The notes beneath the pieces were generated by a model, which ran no database searches, was not told the origin of the DNA, and saw only the letters and a program-made list of their open reading frames with translations. A program made the translations under genes and the position numbers. Source: a virus (taxonomy: Duplodnaviria > Caudoviricetes). Taken from it: a DNA stretch of 64,000 nucleotides. Position 1 is the stretch's first letter. Every line of letters starts with the position of its first letter. The stretch covers positions 10,165-74,164 of the IMG/VR virus record IMGVR_UViG_3300033075_000403; one strand, written 5' to 3'. Shown piece by piece: positions 46,526-55,640 of this stretch.

Positions 46526-47007
46526 TGGAGCCGATCCTTGATCCCGCTTATTGGAAGGAACGACTGGATACCGCAGCCCAGTTACACCACGCCATCATGA
46601 AATGTCCGCTGGAGAAGTGGCAGAGGATCGAGGCGAAGCACCGGGAGATTCTCAAGCGGGTGGTGCAGCCGGACGACCGTGTACTGGATGCGGGGGCAGG
46701 TTACGGACGCCTGCTCACGCTGATGCCGGATCATTGGAGGGGTCCGTATCATGGGGTAGACCTGTCCCCTGACTTCATCGCCAAAGCAAAGGCGGATTAC
46801 CCGGAGCGGGACTTCCGTGTTGGGTCGATCATGGATCGCATCGACGTGCCCCCGTGCGACCTGGCCGTGCTGATCTCGATTCGGCCAATGATCGTTCGTA
46901 ATCTGAGCCAAGAGGCGTGGGAGATGGCGGAAGTCAACCTGCAGCTGGTGGCGAAACGCCTGCTGTTTCTAGAATATGATGAGACATCCGAAGGGGAGAT
47001 TTCGTGA
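46525..47007 (+). CDS. class I SAM methyltransferase
   Basis: VLDAGAGYGR, YHGVDLSPDFI.KAK, FRVGSI. Confidence 0.85.
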   Translation: MEPILDPAYWKERLDTAAQLHHAIMKCPLEKWQRIEAKHREILKRVVQPDDRVLDAGAGYGRLLTLMPDHWRGPYHGVDLSPDFIAKAKADYPERDFRVGSIMDRIDVPPCDLAVLISIRPMIVRNLSQEAWEMAEVNLQLVAKRLLFLEYDETSEGEIS

Positions 47008-47987
47008 TGCGTGAAGTTAGGAACTGCGTGGTGGCCGTCACGGGGGCGGCAGGGTTTATGGCCCACCACTTGCTGAAGCACCTCATCGACGACCGGGGGT
47101 GCGAGGTGGTGGCCATCGACAACCTCTGCGCGGGTAGGCGTGACTTCGTTCACAAGAAGGCCAATTTCGTACATCATGATCTCCTCGGAAGTGAGGACAG
47201 GCTTCGCAACATCTTCGAGAAGAACAAGGTGAAGTACGTCTTCGCCCTCGCAGCTCATCCCTACGTTCCTGACAGCTACGTTCGTCCGATCTACGTTTTC
47301 GAGACGAACGCCACCGCCGCCCTTCGCACGATGAATGCCGCCCAGGAAGCGGGGGTGGAGGCGATCCTCCAAGTGTCGAGCGCCGAGATTTATGGGGAGG
47401 GGGCAGTCCACGACCGACCAATGGATGAAGACGCGCTGGTCAAGCCCCACTCGACGTACTCCGCAGCGAAGGCCGCCATCGACTTCATTGTGCAGGTACG
47501 GTGGAGGGAGGCGAAGACACCAGCCATCGCCCTGCGGCAATTCAACGTGTTGGGGGAACTCGATCTGCTCCATCCATACGTGGTGCCGGAAATTGTGCGC
47601 CAGTTGATTCCGCAAGACTCGAATTTACATGCCACGGTTCGTCTCGGCAACAACTCACAGCGTGACTTCCTCTACGTCGGTGATGCAGTGGAAGCAATGG
47701 TACTACTGCTGGAGAAGGGGAAGTTCGGAGAGGTGTACAACAGCGGCAGCGGGGAGTCCGTGTACATCTACGATCTCGCCAAGCAGATCGGTGACATCAT
47801 GAGGTTTCCACACGTCGAAGTCGTGCCGGATGATGCACGCCGACGAAAGTGGGAGTTGTGGTCTTTGCGAGGTGATTTCGCCAAGTTGAATAACGCAACG
47901 GGATGGTTTCCGAAGGTTCCCTTCCAGGAAGCCCTGCGTCGAACGGTTGAATCCATCATCGAGAACCAGGATAAGTTCGCATGGTAG
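47004..47987 (+). CDS. NDP-sugar 4,6-dehydratase / epimerase (extended SDR)
   Basis: VTGAAGFMAHHL, VSSAEIYG, YSAAK, RQFNVLG, RDFLYVGD. Confidence 0.9.
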   Translation: MMREVRNCVVAVTGAAGFMAHHLLKHLIDDRGCEVVAIDNLCAGRRDFVHKKANFVHHDLLGSEDRLRNIFEKNKVKYVFALAAHPYVPDSYVRPIYVFETNATAALRTMNAAQEAGVEAILQVSSAEIYGEGAVHDRPMDEDALVKPHSTYSAAKAAIDFIVQVRWREAKTPAIALRQFNVLGELDLLHPYVVPEIVRQLIPQDSNLHATVRLGNNSQRDFLYVGDAVEAMVLLLEKGKFGEVYNSGSGESVYIYDLAKQIGDIMRFPHVEVVPDDARRRKWELWSLRGDFAKLNNATGWFPKVPFQEALRRTVESIIENQDKFAW

Positions 47988-48973
47988 AACCGCATGTGCA
48001 GCTGGAGCAAGCGTGGGGTGACTTCCTCCACATCAAGAACGTGGTGTCCTGCTCCAGTGGGTCGAGTGCCTTGCACCTGGCACTGGAGGCGTTGGACATA
48101 CATCTGGCGTCCGAGGTTGTCACCGCCGACTACTCGATGATCGCATGCCCCCGTGCAATCGTGATGGCGGGTCTGGTGCCGGCGTTCATGGACTGCAACG
48201 ACGACCTGTTGATGCAGCTGGACGGCACGCAGAAGATGGAGCGTAGTCGCACGCTGGCGGCGATTCTCGTCGTCCACGTCTACGGTCGCCGTGTGGACAT
48301 GGATCTGGTTCACCGCATCGCGAAGAAGCGGGAGATCCTGGTCATCGAGGACATGGCCGAACTGCACGGGGTGCCGCCTCACCCGCTGACGCACGCCGCT
48401 TGCTGGTCCTTTTACAAGAACAAGGTGGTGGGTGGGGAAGAAGGGGGTGCGGTGTCGTTTCGTGACCCGAAGCATGCCGAGCGCGCCCGCAGTCTGCGAT
48501 GCCTGGGGTTTGGGTATGAGCATGACTACATGCACCTGCCGCGAGGGTGCAACTACCGCATGTCGTCGGCACACGCCAACCTGATCCTCAAGAGTCTGGA
48601 CCAGTACGAGAACAACCTTGCTACCCGAAGGCTCATGGAGAAGTGGTATGACAGTCTTTGTCCGAAGCGGTGGGGAATGCCACCACGCCAGTCTCCGTGG
48701 GTGTACGATCTGCGGATTCCGGGGATGACGAAATCGGTGCAAGCAAAACTGGTGGAGAGTCTCAACGCCGATGGGATTCCGGCCAGACACGGGTTCAAAC
48801 CGATGACCTGGCAGACGGAGTTCAAGAACTGTCGCCGTAACGACGGGGTGATGAAGTCGTGGGAGCGCGCTCATGAGATCATCTACCTTCCGCTGAATCC
48901 GGCGATGGGGAAGACCGAGTTCGACCGGGAGCAACTCGCTGTGCGAGCGTTCAACATCATCAAAGATGCTTGA
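47981..48973 (+). CDS. DegT/DnrJ/EryC1/StrS PLP sugar aminotransferase
   Basis: CSSGSSALHLAL, VVHVYG, IEDMAE, SFYKNK (PLP Lys), GEEGG, NYRM. Confidence 0.9.
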   Translation: MVEPHVQLEQAWGDFLHIKNVVSCSSGSSALHLALEALDIHLASEVVTADYSMIACPRAIVMAGLVPAFMDCNDDLLMQLDGTQKMERSRTLAAILVVHVYGRRVDMDLVHRIAKKREILVIEDMAELHGVPPHPLTHAACWSFYKNKVVGGEEGGAVSFRDPKHAERARSLRCLGFGYEHDYMHLPRGCNYRMSSAHANLILKSLDQYENNLATRRLMEKWYDSLCPKRWGMPPRQSPWVYDLRIPGMTKSVQAKLVESLNADGIPARHGFKPMTWQTEFKNCRRNDGVMKSWERAHEIIYLPLNPAMGKTEFDREQLAVRAFNIIKDA

Positions 48974-49033
48974 CGAGGAGTGTAGGATAATGACAGGGAA
49001 ACTTTTCCTGTCATTTCTTTTTGGAGGATCGTC

Positions 49034-49333
49034 ATGCACAAGGAACGAAACAAGAAGGTGTTCACCGCTTTGGCTGTCGCTGTCCTGCCTTTGGTGGCGT
49101 GGTTTCAGTTCGACTACGCGGGAAGGACGAACGTGGAAGAACGGGGAACTGCGACGATGGCCGTGGCGAGGTCGATGGGACTGGCTGCCCCTGTTTGTCC
49201 TGAACGATTGAGCGAAGAAACGATTCGTGCTGCGGAGAAGTGTCTGGCTGATGCGGAAGAAATGGACAGGCCCCGCCGTGATGGTGAGGCCCGTCTTGAG
49301 ATGTTGGCTGCTTACACTCCCTTGGTGGACTAG
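49034..49333 (+). CDS. hypothetical membrane-anchored protein
   Basis: GGAGG RBS; N-terminal hydrophobic helix. Confidence 0.55.
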   Translation: MHKERNKKVFTALAVAVLPLVAWFQFDYAGRTNVEERGTATMAVARSMGLAAPVCPERLSEETIRAAEKCLADAEEMDRPRRDGEARLEMLAAYTPLVD

Positions 49334-49346
49334 AAGGGTCGTGTGG

Positions 49347-49738
49347 TCACTTGCCGAGGGCGTCTCTTATGAGTTCCAGGGACGTTTTCTTCTTGAACAG
49401 GATACCGGACTTGCGGAGAGCGTCACGAGTCGTTTCCCCGCTCTGGATCATCTCTCCGATTGTGTCCCAGCACGCTTGACACAACTGTCCGTCTGGATTC
49501 ACCACGGGTACTCCACCGCACTTTGGGACGTGGCACCGTGCGGATTTTACAGTCTTGGCGTTCCGTTGTCCTCGACGACGGCCACGTTTGGTCGGCGGAA
49601 CCGCAAGCCCGGCACTTTCAAGAAGTCCCCACGTTGTTTCACCCCTCTTGATGCACTTTCTGTAGAACTGGTAACAGTTCATACAGCAACCACGACTAAC
49701 TAATCTTTGGGTTCTTGCGCATCGGATGCATCCTTTTT
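49347..49738 (-). CDS. Zn-finger domain pair without its own start; probable -1 frameshift extension of 49700-50161
   Basis: CIRC..CCMNC..GETT and CHVPKC..CQAC..GETT internal repeat. Confidence 0.55.
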
Positions 49739-50161
49739 CTTGGCGCGTTCCCTCCGTTTGCTCTCCCTCGCATGCCTGCGATCCCTCTCCTGTTTGCACT
49801 CCTGATGGTAGAGTTGACTCCCGTGTGTCCACACAAAGGGTTTGTTGCACTCCCGGCAAATCCTCGGTGGGATTACCTCCATCTCGATGTCCTTGGCTCG
49901 CTGGGATTTCTTCTCCTCCATCACACGGGCGAGTTCCTGTTTGCGACACTCCCGATGGAACGGTTTCACTCCGAAGGCTGATCCCACCTTGATGGGGTTT
50001 GCGCAGTAAAAGCACACTCTCTGCGGCACCTTGATGGTTGCCATCTCCGAGGAGAGATCCCGTGTGATTGCATGACAGCGTAGGCACAGGCCCTCCGGGT
50101 CCATGCTGCTCTTGAGAAACCTCTTGTGGCATCGTTGGCATTCTGGCATTCCGCCCGTCAT
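49700..50161 (-). CDS. multi-Zn-ribbon protein
   Basis: CQRC..CLRC, CFYC..HREC, CREC..HQEC. Confidence 0.7.
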   Translation of the reverse strand: MTGGMPECQRCHKRFLKSSMDPEGLCLRCHAITRDLSSEMATIKVPQRVCFYCANPIKVGSAFGVKPFHRECRKQELARVMEEKKSQRAKDIEMEVIPPRICRECNKPFVWTHGSQLYHQECKQERDRRHARESKRRERAKKKDASDAQEPKD

Positions 50162-50205
50162 GGTCAGCTTTCATAATGCTCCGTCCTTTGATGGGGTGGT
50201 GATGT

Positions 50206-51303
50206 TTAAGATTCGGTCGTTTCATCGGGGGCGTAGTCGATCCCTCCGACCATCGGGTACTCGTCAAGGCGGGATACACCATTGGAGTCCTGGTAGTAGG
50301 AGAGGGCCAGGTCGGAGTCGGTAAAACCACTCTGTACCAGTGAGACGTTCCACGCCTTGACGATAAGTGCGATTCGTTCCTGAAGCGACGTGTCGCAGTG
50401 GGTGGAGAGCATGGACCGCAGCGGGGTGTCCGAGGCGAGGGCTGCCCAGAACGTCATCGCCTTGTCCCACATGGAGAAGTCGATACGGCGCTCGGACGGA
50501 TTCTTGCGGTAGCGATCTCCGTCTGTTTCGGATGACGCCATGAGATAGAACAGGGCGGACGCCACGCCCATGTTGACGAGGGGGGTGATCGCACCGTCGT
50601 GGTGGAGTTCGAGAATCTTGAGAACCGCCTTCTTCAGCTTGTCGTGGCGGGCAAGCCACTCCGCAGCCTCCGAGTGGGTGAGTTTGGAATCTCGTTCGTC
50701 GTATTTCCTACCGATCCGTTTCCACAGCACGCGGATGGCGGTGGAGAGAATGCGGGAAAGGCGTGCCCGTTCCTTGGGGGATCGCTTGCCGAAGAAGTCG
50801 GGAGACGTGTGCAGTACGTCGGCGAAGGTGCGGGCCTTCACGTTGTCGAAGGTGCGGATGACTTCCGGGGTTTCCTTCACCCCGTAGGCGATGCTGCACT
50901 CGTAGACCGGCTCCGTCTCCCATTCGGAAGACCACGCTTCGGGATCGGCGCGCCATTCCTCCACGGCGAGGATGTAACCCGCCAGTCGGTGCTGGCCGGA
51001 CAGGACGTTGCCGTACTCACCGATGACCACGTTTTCCAGGTTGAGCTTCCACATCCGGTTGAGGTGGTCTTGCTTGCAGCGGAGAGCGTGTGCGGTGGAG
51101 AACGGTCGGTTGAATGCGTTGCGGGAGAATCGGACAGGTTGGCCGTCGTGATTCTTGATGGAGGTTTCCGCGTCCTTCTTCTCCTGTACTTCCCAGCCGA
51201 GGATCTCCACGGCTTCGTCGTAGGTCAGGGCGGTATCCCCTTGACGGATGACGACTTCAAGTTGGGAGTACAGGGGTTTGCGTTGCTCACTGATTCGAGG
51301 CAT
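50206..51303 (-). CDS. ParB/DGQHR-like domain protein
   Basis: FNRPFS...NVVIGEYGNVLSGQHRLAG...FDNVKARTFAD. Confidence 0.65.
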   Translation of the reverse strand: MPRISEQRKPLYSQLEVVIRQGDTALTYDEAVEILGWEVQEKKDAETSIKNHDGQPVRFSRNAFNRPFSTAHALRCKQDHLNRMWKLNLENVVIGEYGNVLSGQHRLAGYILAVEEWRADPEAWSSEWETEPVYECSIAYGVKETPEVIRTFDNVKARTFADVLHTSPDFFGKRSPKERARLSRILSTAIRVLWKRIGRKYDERDSKLTHSEAAEWLARHDKLKKAVLKILELHHDGAITPLVNMGVASALFYLMASSETDGDRYRKNPSERRIDFSMWDKAMTFWAALASDTPLRSMLSTHCDTSLQERIALIVKAWNVSLVQSGFTDSDLALSYYQDSNGVSRLDEYPMVGGIDYAPDETTES

Positions 51304-51323
51304 GGGTCGGGTTGCTCCTTGTG

Positions 51324-51545
51324 CTAGGACGTGTAACGTCCACCTGTGAGACTGAAAATGTACGTTTTGGTAAGTGCGAAGGCTTGGTCTTCCGTGAACC
51401 CCTTCAGAATGAGTCCTTCATAGACTGACCTCACCGCTGCTGGGAGGATCTTGCCGAGGTGGGCAATGCGGTCGGACAAGTTCATGTTGGGTGTTTCGTC
51501 GTCCAAGTTAGTCTCCTTGTGTTGGTTGTGGTCTGCAAAAATCAC
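51324..51545 (-). CDS. hypothetical protein
   Basis: YEGLILKGFTEDQAFALT helix; coupled to upstream ORF. Confidence 0.55.
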   Translation of the reverse strand: MIFADHNQHKETNLDDETPNMNLSDRIAHLGKILPAAVRSVYEGLILKGFTEDQAFALTKTYIFSLTGGRYTS

Positions 51546-52279
51546 TGGTCGGCGGTGTTGGTTAGGACGGTGCGAACGATGTACTCGATGCTGTAGCCGT
51601 CCTCGTCAGTTCCAATCGTCGAAAACTCCAGCACCTTTTCGCACGCCGCTCGCAGATCGTCCCGCTGTTTCCGCAGGGTGGCAATCATGGCCGCTTGCGA
51701 CGCACGCACCAGGCAGGGCGTGCATTGCTTGGCGTCGGCCAATTCGAGCTTGCGGCGTTTTTCGGTCATGTTGGCCGTTGGATGGTCGGGAAACGCGCAG
51801 CCGCACGTCTCGCAACGCCACTCGCACGCACGGCGAAGCCGCTTCGCCTCGGCGACGAATGCCGCCGGGTCGTCGATGCCGGCCAGGGCGTTGACGCAGG
51901 CGACGATACGGGCCATGTTCGCCATGTCTTCGTCTTTTCCACTGGTTTGCCGATTTTCTGGTGGAACTGCAATCGCCATCGTTAGACCAGTGTCGCCGTT
52001 CGACAGGTTGTAAATCGTGCCGTAGCCCGGCTGGGAAAACCACGGTTCTTTGCTGTGCTTGCTCATCGTCCGTTCATTTTGTGTTGATTGTGGTTCAATC
52101 ACCATCATATCTGCGATGAGACGGTGTTTCTCCGCTTCGCGCATGATGTCTTCTACGGTTGGGAAGTACCCGATGCACTTATCCCAGTGGCACGAGCAAG
52201 ACAAATGGATTCCATCGTCATCTGTCGTGTAGGTGATCTCAATGCGATGCTCCAATTTAGTCTCCTGTGTAAAATCCAC
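51542..52279 (-). CDS. hypothetical multi-module protein
   Basis: contains HS.EPW...NMARIVACVNALAGI phage module and CxxC motifs. Confidence 0.6.
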   Translation of the reverse strand: MDFTQETKLEHRIEITYTTDDDGIHLSCSCHWDKCIGYFPTVEDIMREAEKHRLIADMMVIEPQSTQNERTMSKHSKEPWFSQPGYGTIYNLSNGDTGLTMAIAVPPENRQTSGKDEDMANMARIVACVNALAGIDDPAAFVAEAKRLRRACEWRCETCGCAFPDHPTANMTEKRRKLELADAKQCTPCLVRASQAAMIATLRKQRDDLRAACEKVLEFSTIGTDEDGYSIEYIVRTVLTNTADQ

Positions 52280-52529
52280 CGAGGGTCATCACGCCGCCGC
52301 CAGGTCCGTCCGCTCGTTCTCCGACACGCATGGGCTTGCCAAGGGGACGTTGGGGATCACCCGCCAGCAGTTCCTCGTCCTTTACCGGGCCGATGGCGAG
52401 AGCGAGAAGGCGTTCCGCACGGTCGTACCAGTAGTTGGCCATAGTGATCTCGCCTTGCCTTCGACAAGCATCACCCGCTTCGGTGCAGGACTTGGCGATG
52501 CGGCGGATCTTTTCTGGGTTGTGACGCAT
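52257..52529 (-). CDS. hypothetical protein
   Basis: AAGGAG RBS directly after the 52569-52597 promoter. Confidence 0.6.
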   Translation of the reverse strand: MRHNPEKIRRIAKSCTEAGDACRRQGEITMANYWYDRAERLLALAIGPVKDEELLAGDPQRPLGKPMRVGERADGPGGGVMTLGGFYTGD

Positions 52530-52568
52530 GGTAGCTCCTTTTTGTAGAATCCTTGTGCACGCATAGTC

Positions 52569-52597
52569 ATCCTAGACACGCAATCGGCGAATGTCAA
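52569..52597 (-). promoter_or_regulatory. sigma70-type promoter
   Basis: TTGACA-17 nt-TAGGAT. Confidence 0.7.
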
Positions 52598-52606
52598 GAG
52601 AAAAAC

Positions 52607-53083
52607 ATGAACCACACATACATCGGTGTCGATCCGGGGGCGTCGGGTGGAATTGCGTGGGTGAGACCGAACGGGGTTGCCGAGGCGATCACGATGCCAG
52701 GGTCGGAAGACGATCTCTGGGAGCTGATGCAGATGTTGAAGCAGTGGGGGCCGGCGAAGGGTGTGGTCGAGAAGGTGGGAGGGTTCATTCAGGGGAATCC
52801 AGCTCCCGGTAGCGCGATGTTCAACTTCGGGATGGGGTACGGTGCAGTGCGAATGGCGATGGTGGGGGCGGGAATCCCTTTCTGCGAGGTAACGCCGCAA
52901 GCGTGGCAGAAGTACCATCAAGTGGCGCGGCATCCCCAGGAGACAAAATCGTCGTGGAAAAACCGCCTGAAAACACTGGCGCAGTCGATCTACCCTGATC
53001 TGAAGGTGACGCTCCGAACAGCCGACGCCCTGCTTCTGGCGTTGTTTTTGCAAAAAATGGAATCTTCCCTGATTTCTTCTTGA
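52607..53083 (+). CDS. RuvC-like Holliday junction resolvase
   Basis: YIGVDPGASGGIA, VVEKVG, SAMFNFGMGYG, VTPQAWQK, ADALLLA. Confidence 0.87.
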   Translation: MNHTYIGVDPGASGGIAWVRPNGVAEAITMPGSEDDLWELMQMLKQWGPAKGVVEKVGGFIQGNPAPGSAMFNFGMGYGAVRMAMVGAGIPFCEVTPQAWQKYHQVARHPQETKSSWKNRLKTLAQSIYPDLKVTLRTADALLLALFLQKMESSLISS

Positions 53084-53108
53084 CTTTCATCGTCATCCGG
53101 CTTACCAT
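53080..53108 (+). promoter_or_regulatory. sigma70-type promoter for the replication operon
   Basis: TTGACT-17 nt-TACCAT; -35 overlaps the resolvase TGA. Confidence 0.72.
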
Positions 53109-53144
53109 TCCATTGTCCAAGGCAAATGGCACCAATGCAAAGGA

Positions 53145-53525
53145 GTGGGAATCATGTCAACGCACTACACACCGTCAACGCATACACTCTGGGATGAACT
53201 CCCCCACATTACGACGGGCAAGCCAACCATGAGCTACGCCATCGTATCGCCTGGTCTGATCGCGTACCTTAACACCGTGACTGGTTTCTGGAACGTCGAT
53301 CATCAGTTGACGCACCGGAGCATCCTGCTAGGTGTCAGGGAGAAGATTGCACGTCAGTTCTGTACCGAACTGGGTGCGGTTCTTTACCGTGAGCAGATAC
53401 TTGATGTGGAATCCGCTGCGGAGTTCCGATCCATCGCTCCCCTGTGGCTTGACAAGTGGGTCAAGGAACAGCGGATGCGTCTTGAGTGGCTTGACCCTAC
53501 TCCTTACATGACGGGGCATAAATAA
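53145..53525 (+). CDS. hypothetical protein
   Basis: first ORF behind the promoter; start uncertain. Confidence 0.5.
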   Translation: MGIMSTHYTPSTHTLWDELPHITTGKPTMSYAIVSPGLIAYLNTVTGFWNVDHQLTHRSILLGVREKIARQFCTELGAVLYREQILDVESAAEFRSIAPLWLDKWVKEQRMRLEWLDPTPYMTGHK

Positions 53526-53800
53526 TGGATGACAAACTCAAGAAGTGGTTGTCGGAGACGCAACAGGAAATCGAGAGTCTCAAACATAAGAAACAAGTAC
53601 CGGCGAAGAGTGGTATCACGTTTCTTCTCAATGTGTACCAGAGGAAGATGGAAGATGACGATTTTGTGATCGGTATGGAGCAACTTATTGAGAGTTGCGT
53701 CAATGACCAAGACACACACGACTTCGCTGTCTTCGCTTTGCTCGGATTGAGTCTGTTTGACCGTGACACATGGGATGAGTACAAGGAGTTCTTCAAGTGA
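53525..53800 (+). CDS. hypothetical protein
   Basis: TAATG coupling. Confidence 0.55.
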   Translation: MDDKLKKWLSETQQEIESLKHKKQVPAKSGITFLLNVYQRKMEDDDFVIGMEQLIESCVNDQDTHDFAVFALLGLSLFDRDTWDEYKEFFK

Positions 53801-54339
53801 GCCAATGGACGGAACACAAGAGTAAGTGGGCAGGCGGTTGCGGGTCGTGTCAGTGTGCCGCCGCCAAGAAAGTGCTAGGGCGTGGGTATCTCCCGTGCGA
53901 TGTGTTGTTTGTCGGTGAAGCACCTGGGGAGAGTGAGGAAGTGCTTGGGAAGCCGATGGTGGGGCCAGCGGGTCAACTCCTGGACCGGATCATCGCGGAC
54001 GCCATCAAGAAGTTCCCCACGCCGAAGTACGCTTTCACCAACATTGTCGGCTGCATCCCACGGGACGGGTTGAACAAGGCGAGCGAGCCGGACGAGTCTC
54101 AGATCAAACAGTGTCAGTCCCGCCTGCTGGAGTTCATGGCGATGGCTAAGCCGCGTCTGGTGGTAAGGGTGGGCAAGCTCTCCACCAAGCACTGTCCCGA
54201 CATCGGGGTTCCCGTGGTGGACCTGGACCATCCAGCATTCATTCTCAGGTCGAACGAAGCCAATCGTGGTTTGTTGATGCAGCGGTGCGTCGTGCAGTTG
54301 CGCGATGCCTACGAAGAACTGAACGAGAAAGGCGGATAG
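53797..54339 (+). CDS. uracil-DNA glycosylase family 4
   Basis: CGSCQC, VLFVGEAPG, VGPAGQLL, TNIVGCIP, C, HPAFIL. Confidence 0.88.
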   Translation: MSQWTEHKSKWAGGCGSCQCAAAKKVLGRGYLPCDVLFVGEAPGESEEVLGKPMVGPAGQLLDRIIADAIKKFPTPKYAFTNIVGCIPRDGLNKASEPDESQIKQCQSRLLEFMAMAKPRLVVRVGKLSTKHCPDIGVPVVDLDHPAFILRSNEANRGLLMQRCVVQLRDAYEELNEKGG

Positions 54340-54340
54340 C

Positions 54341-54520
54341 ATGCTTGTGCTTGCACGGAAGGAGCATCAGACCATCCTCATCGGAGAGGGGAAGAACCGC
54401 ATTGTGGTGACGGTCCTTGAGATTAACCACATGGGGCAGGTACGTATCGGAATCGAGGCACCGAAGGACGTGTTGATCCTGCGGGCAGAACTGGAGCATC
54501 GAGAAAAGGAAAGGAATTGA
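54341..54520 (+). CDS. csrA: carbon storage regulator CsrA/RsmA (59 aa, missed by the ORF track)
   Basis: MLVLARKEHQTILIG...IVVTVLEI...QVRIGIEAPKDVLILRAEL. Confidence 0.92.
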   Translation: MLVLARKEHQTILIGEGKNRIVVTVLEINHMGQVRIGIEAPKDVLILRAELEHREKERN

Positions 54521-54521
54521 C

Positions 54522-54797
54522 ATGCCGACTTTCCTATACGGTTACGAGCCGTTCGCGGAACTGGAGAAGTGGAGACATGAGGAACCGAATCAAGTTGAGC
54601 ATCATCGTCGGTGGATGATTGAAGTAAACGAGGTGAAGATGTTCGCCTGTGAGTTAATCTGGTTCGATTACCACTCGAATCGAAAAGTGTATATCACCCA
54701 GTACGGCCAGGGACTCCACGAAGCCGTGTATGAGGCTCTAAGGGCTTTCAAGAAGAACCAAAAGACGATTGATGACCCGAACGGATCGCCAAGATAA
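54522..54797 (+). CDS. hypothetical protein
   Basis: AAGGA RBS; fills the operon. Confidence 0.55.
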   Translation: MPTFLYGYEPFAELEKWRHEEPNQVEHHRRWMIEVNEVKMFACELIWFDYHSNRKVYITQYGQGLHEAVYEALRAFKKNQKTIDDPNGSPR

Positions 54798-54807
54798 GGA
54801 GAACAGC

Positions 54808-54933
54808 ATGCCGTTGATTGACGCACTGAAGGGGGTGAAAGCACCACGACAGGGTCCGCTGTGGCAGGGGCCGGAAGCGGAAGGACCGCTGGGTGGCGTG
54901 ACGTTCTCGATGCTCAATGCGTTCCTAGATTGA
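54808..54933 (+). pseudogene. orphaned 5' fragment of the exonuclease gene (41 aa)
   Basis: MPLIDALKGVKAPRQGPLWQGPEAEGPLGGVTFSMLNAFLD matches the exonuclease N-terminus GPLWKGPEVDGITFSMLNSYL; AAGGAG RBS. Confidence 0.8.
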
Positions 54934-54957
54934 CAACCGTGGTTTGTTTGTTAGGAT
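54930..54957 (+). promoter_or_regulatory. promoter carried by the HNH cassette
   Basis: TTGACA-16 nt-TAGGAT; the TGA inside the -35 box terminates the fragment. Confidence 0.7.
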
Positions 54958-54980
54958 GCATCTTGAAAGAGAGGTGTACT

Positions 54981-55640
54981 TTGCCGAGACCGCGTTTAAA
55001 ACTAGAAGGTAAGCGATTTGGGATGCTCGTAGCGATCAGCGGCGAGTACTCAAACGGCGTGGTTTACTGGACGTGTATTTGCGATTGTGGGAAAACCACG
55101 AAGGTTCGTGCAAGCAATCTCGGACATCACACGAACAGTTGCGGGTGCTACGACAAGAAGCGTCGCATCAAGCACGGATTACACAAACATCCGTTGTACT
55201 TCACCTGGGCCAATATCAATCGAAGATGCGGCACAACCGACTACGGAAACTGCTACTTGAACGTGAAGGTTCATCCAGAGTGGCAAACGTCACTTGAATC
55301 GTTCATCAAGTATGTCGAGGAGAATCTTGGAAAGAGGCCAACGCCTCAGCATTCCATCGACCGTATCTCCAGTGAAGGAGACTATGTCCCTGGAAACATT
55401 CGGTGGGCTTCAAAGGTCGTTCAAGGGAACAACCGTAAAGCGACAAAACTGCACACCTACAAAGGTGAAACAGAAACTCTGAGGTACTTCTCGTTGAAGT
55501 ACCGAATTGACTATGACTGTCTGAGATCAAGGTTGTGGAGAGGTTGGACGTTATGCCAAGCCTTGGAGAAGCCATTCGTGAAGCAGGCCAAGGTGCCTAT
55601 CGAGAAAGAACTGGTCCGCTCTGGAAAGGTCCAGAAGTAG
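54981..55640 (+). mobile_element. free-standing HNH homing endonuclease
   Basis: GKRFGML, WTCICDCG, SCGC, HPLYFTWANINRRC, HSIDRISSEGDYVPGNIRWA...NNR; TTG start after GAGG; appears more AT-rich than flanks. Confidence 0.88.

Noticed and set aside
51542-52279. Possible fusion of two early genes (internal MSKHSKEPW)
   Set aside because: The internal start has only a weak RBS and modular fusions are common in such genes; insufficient evidence.
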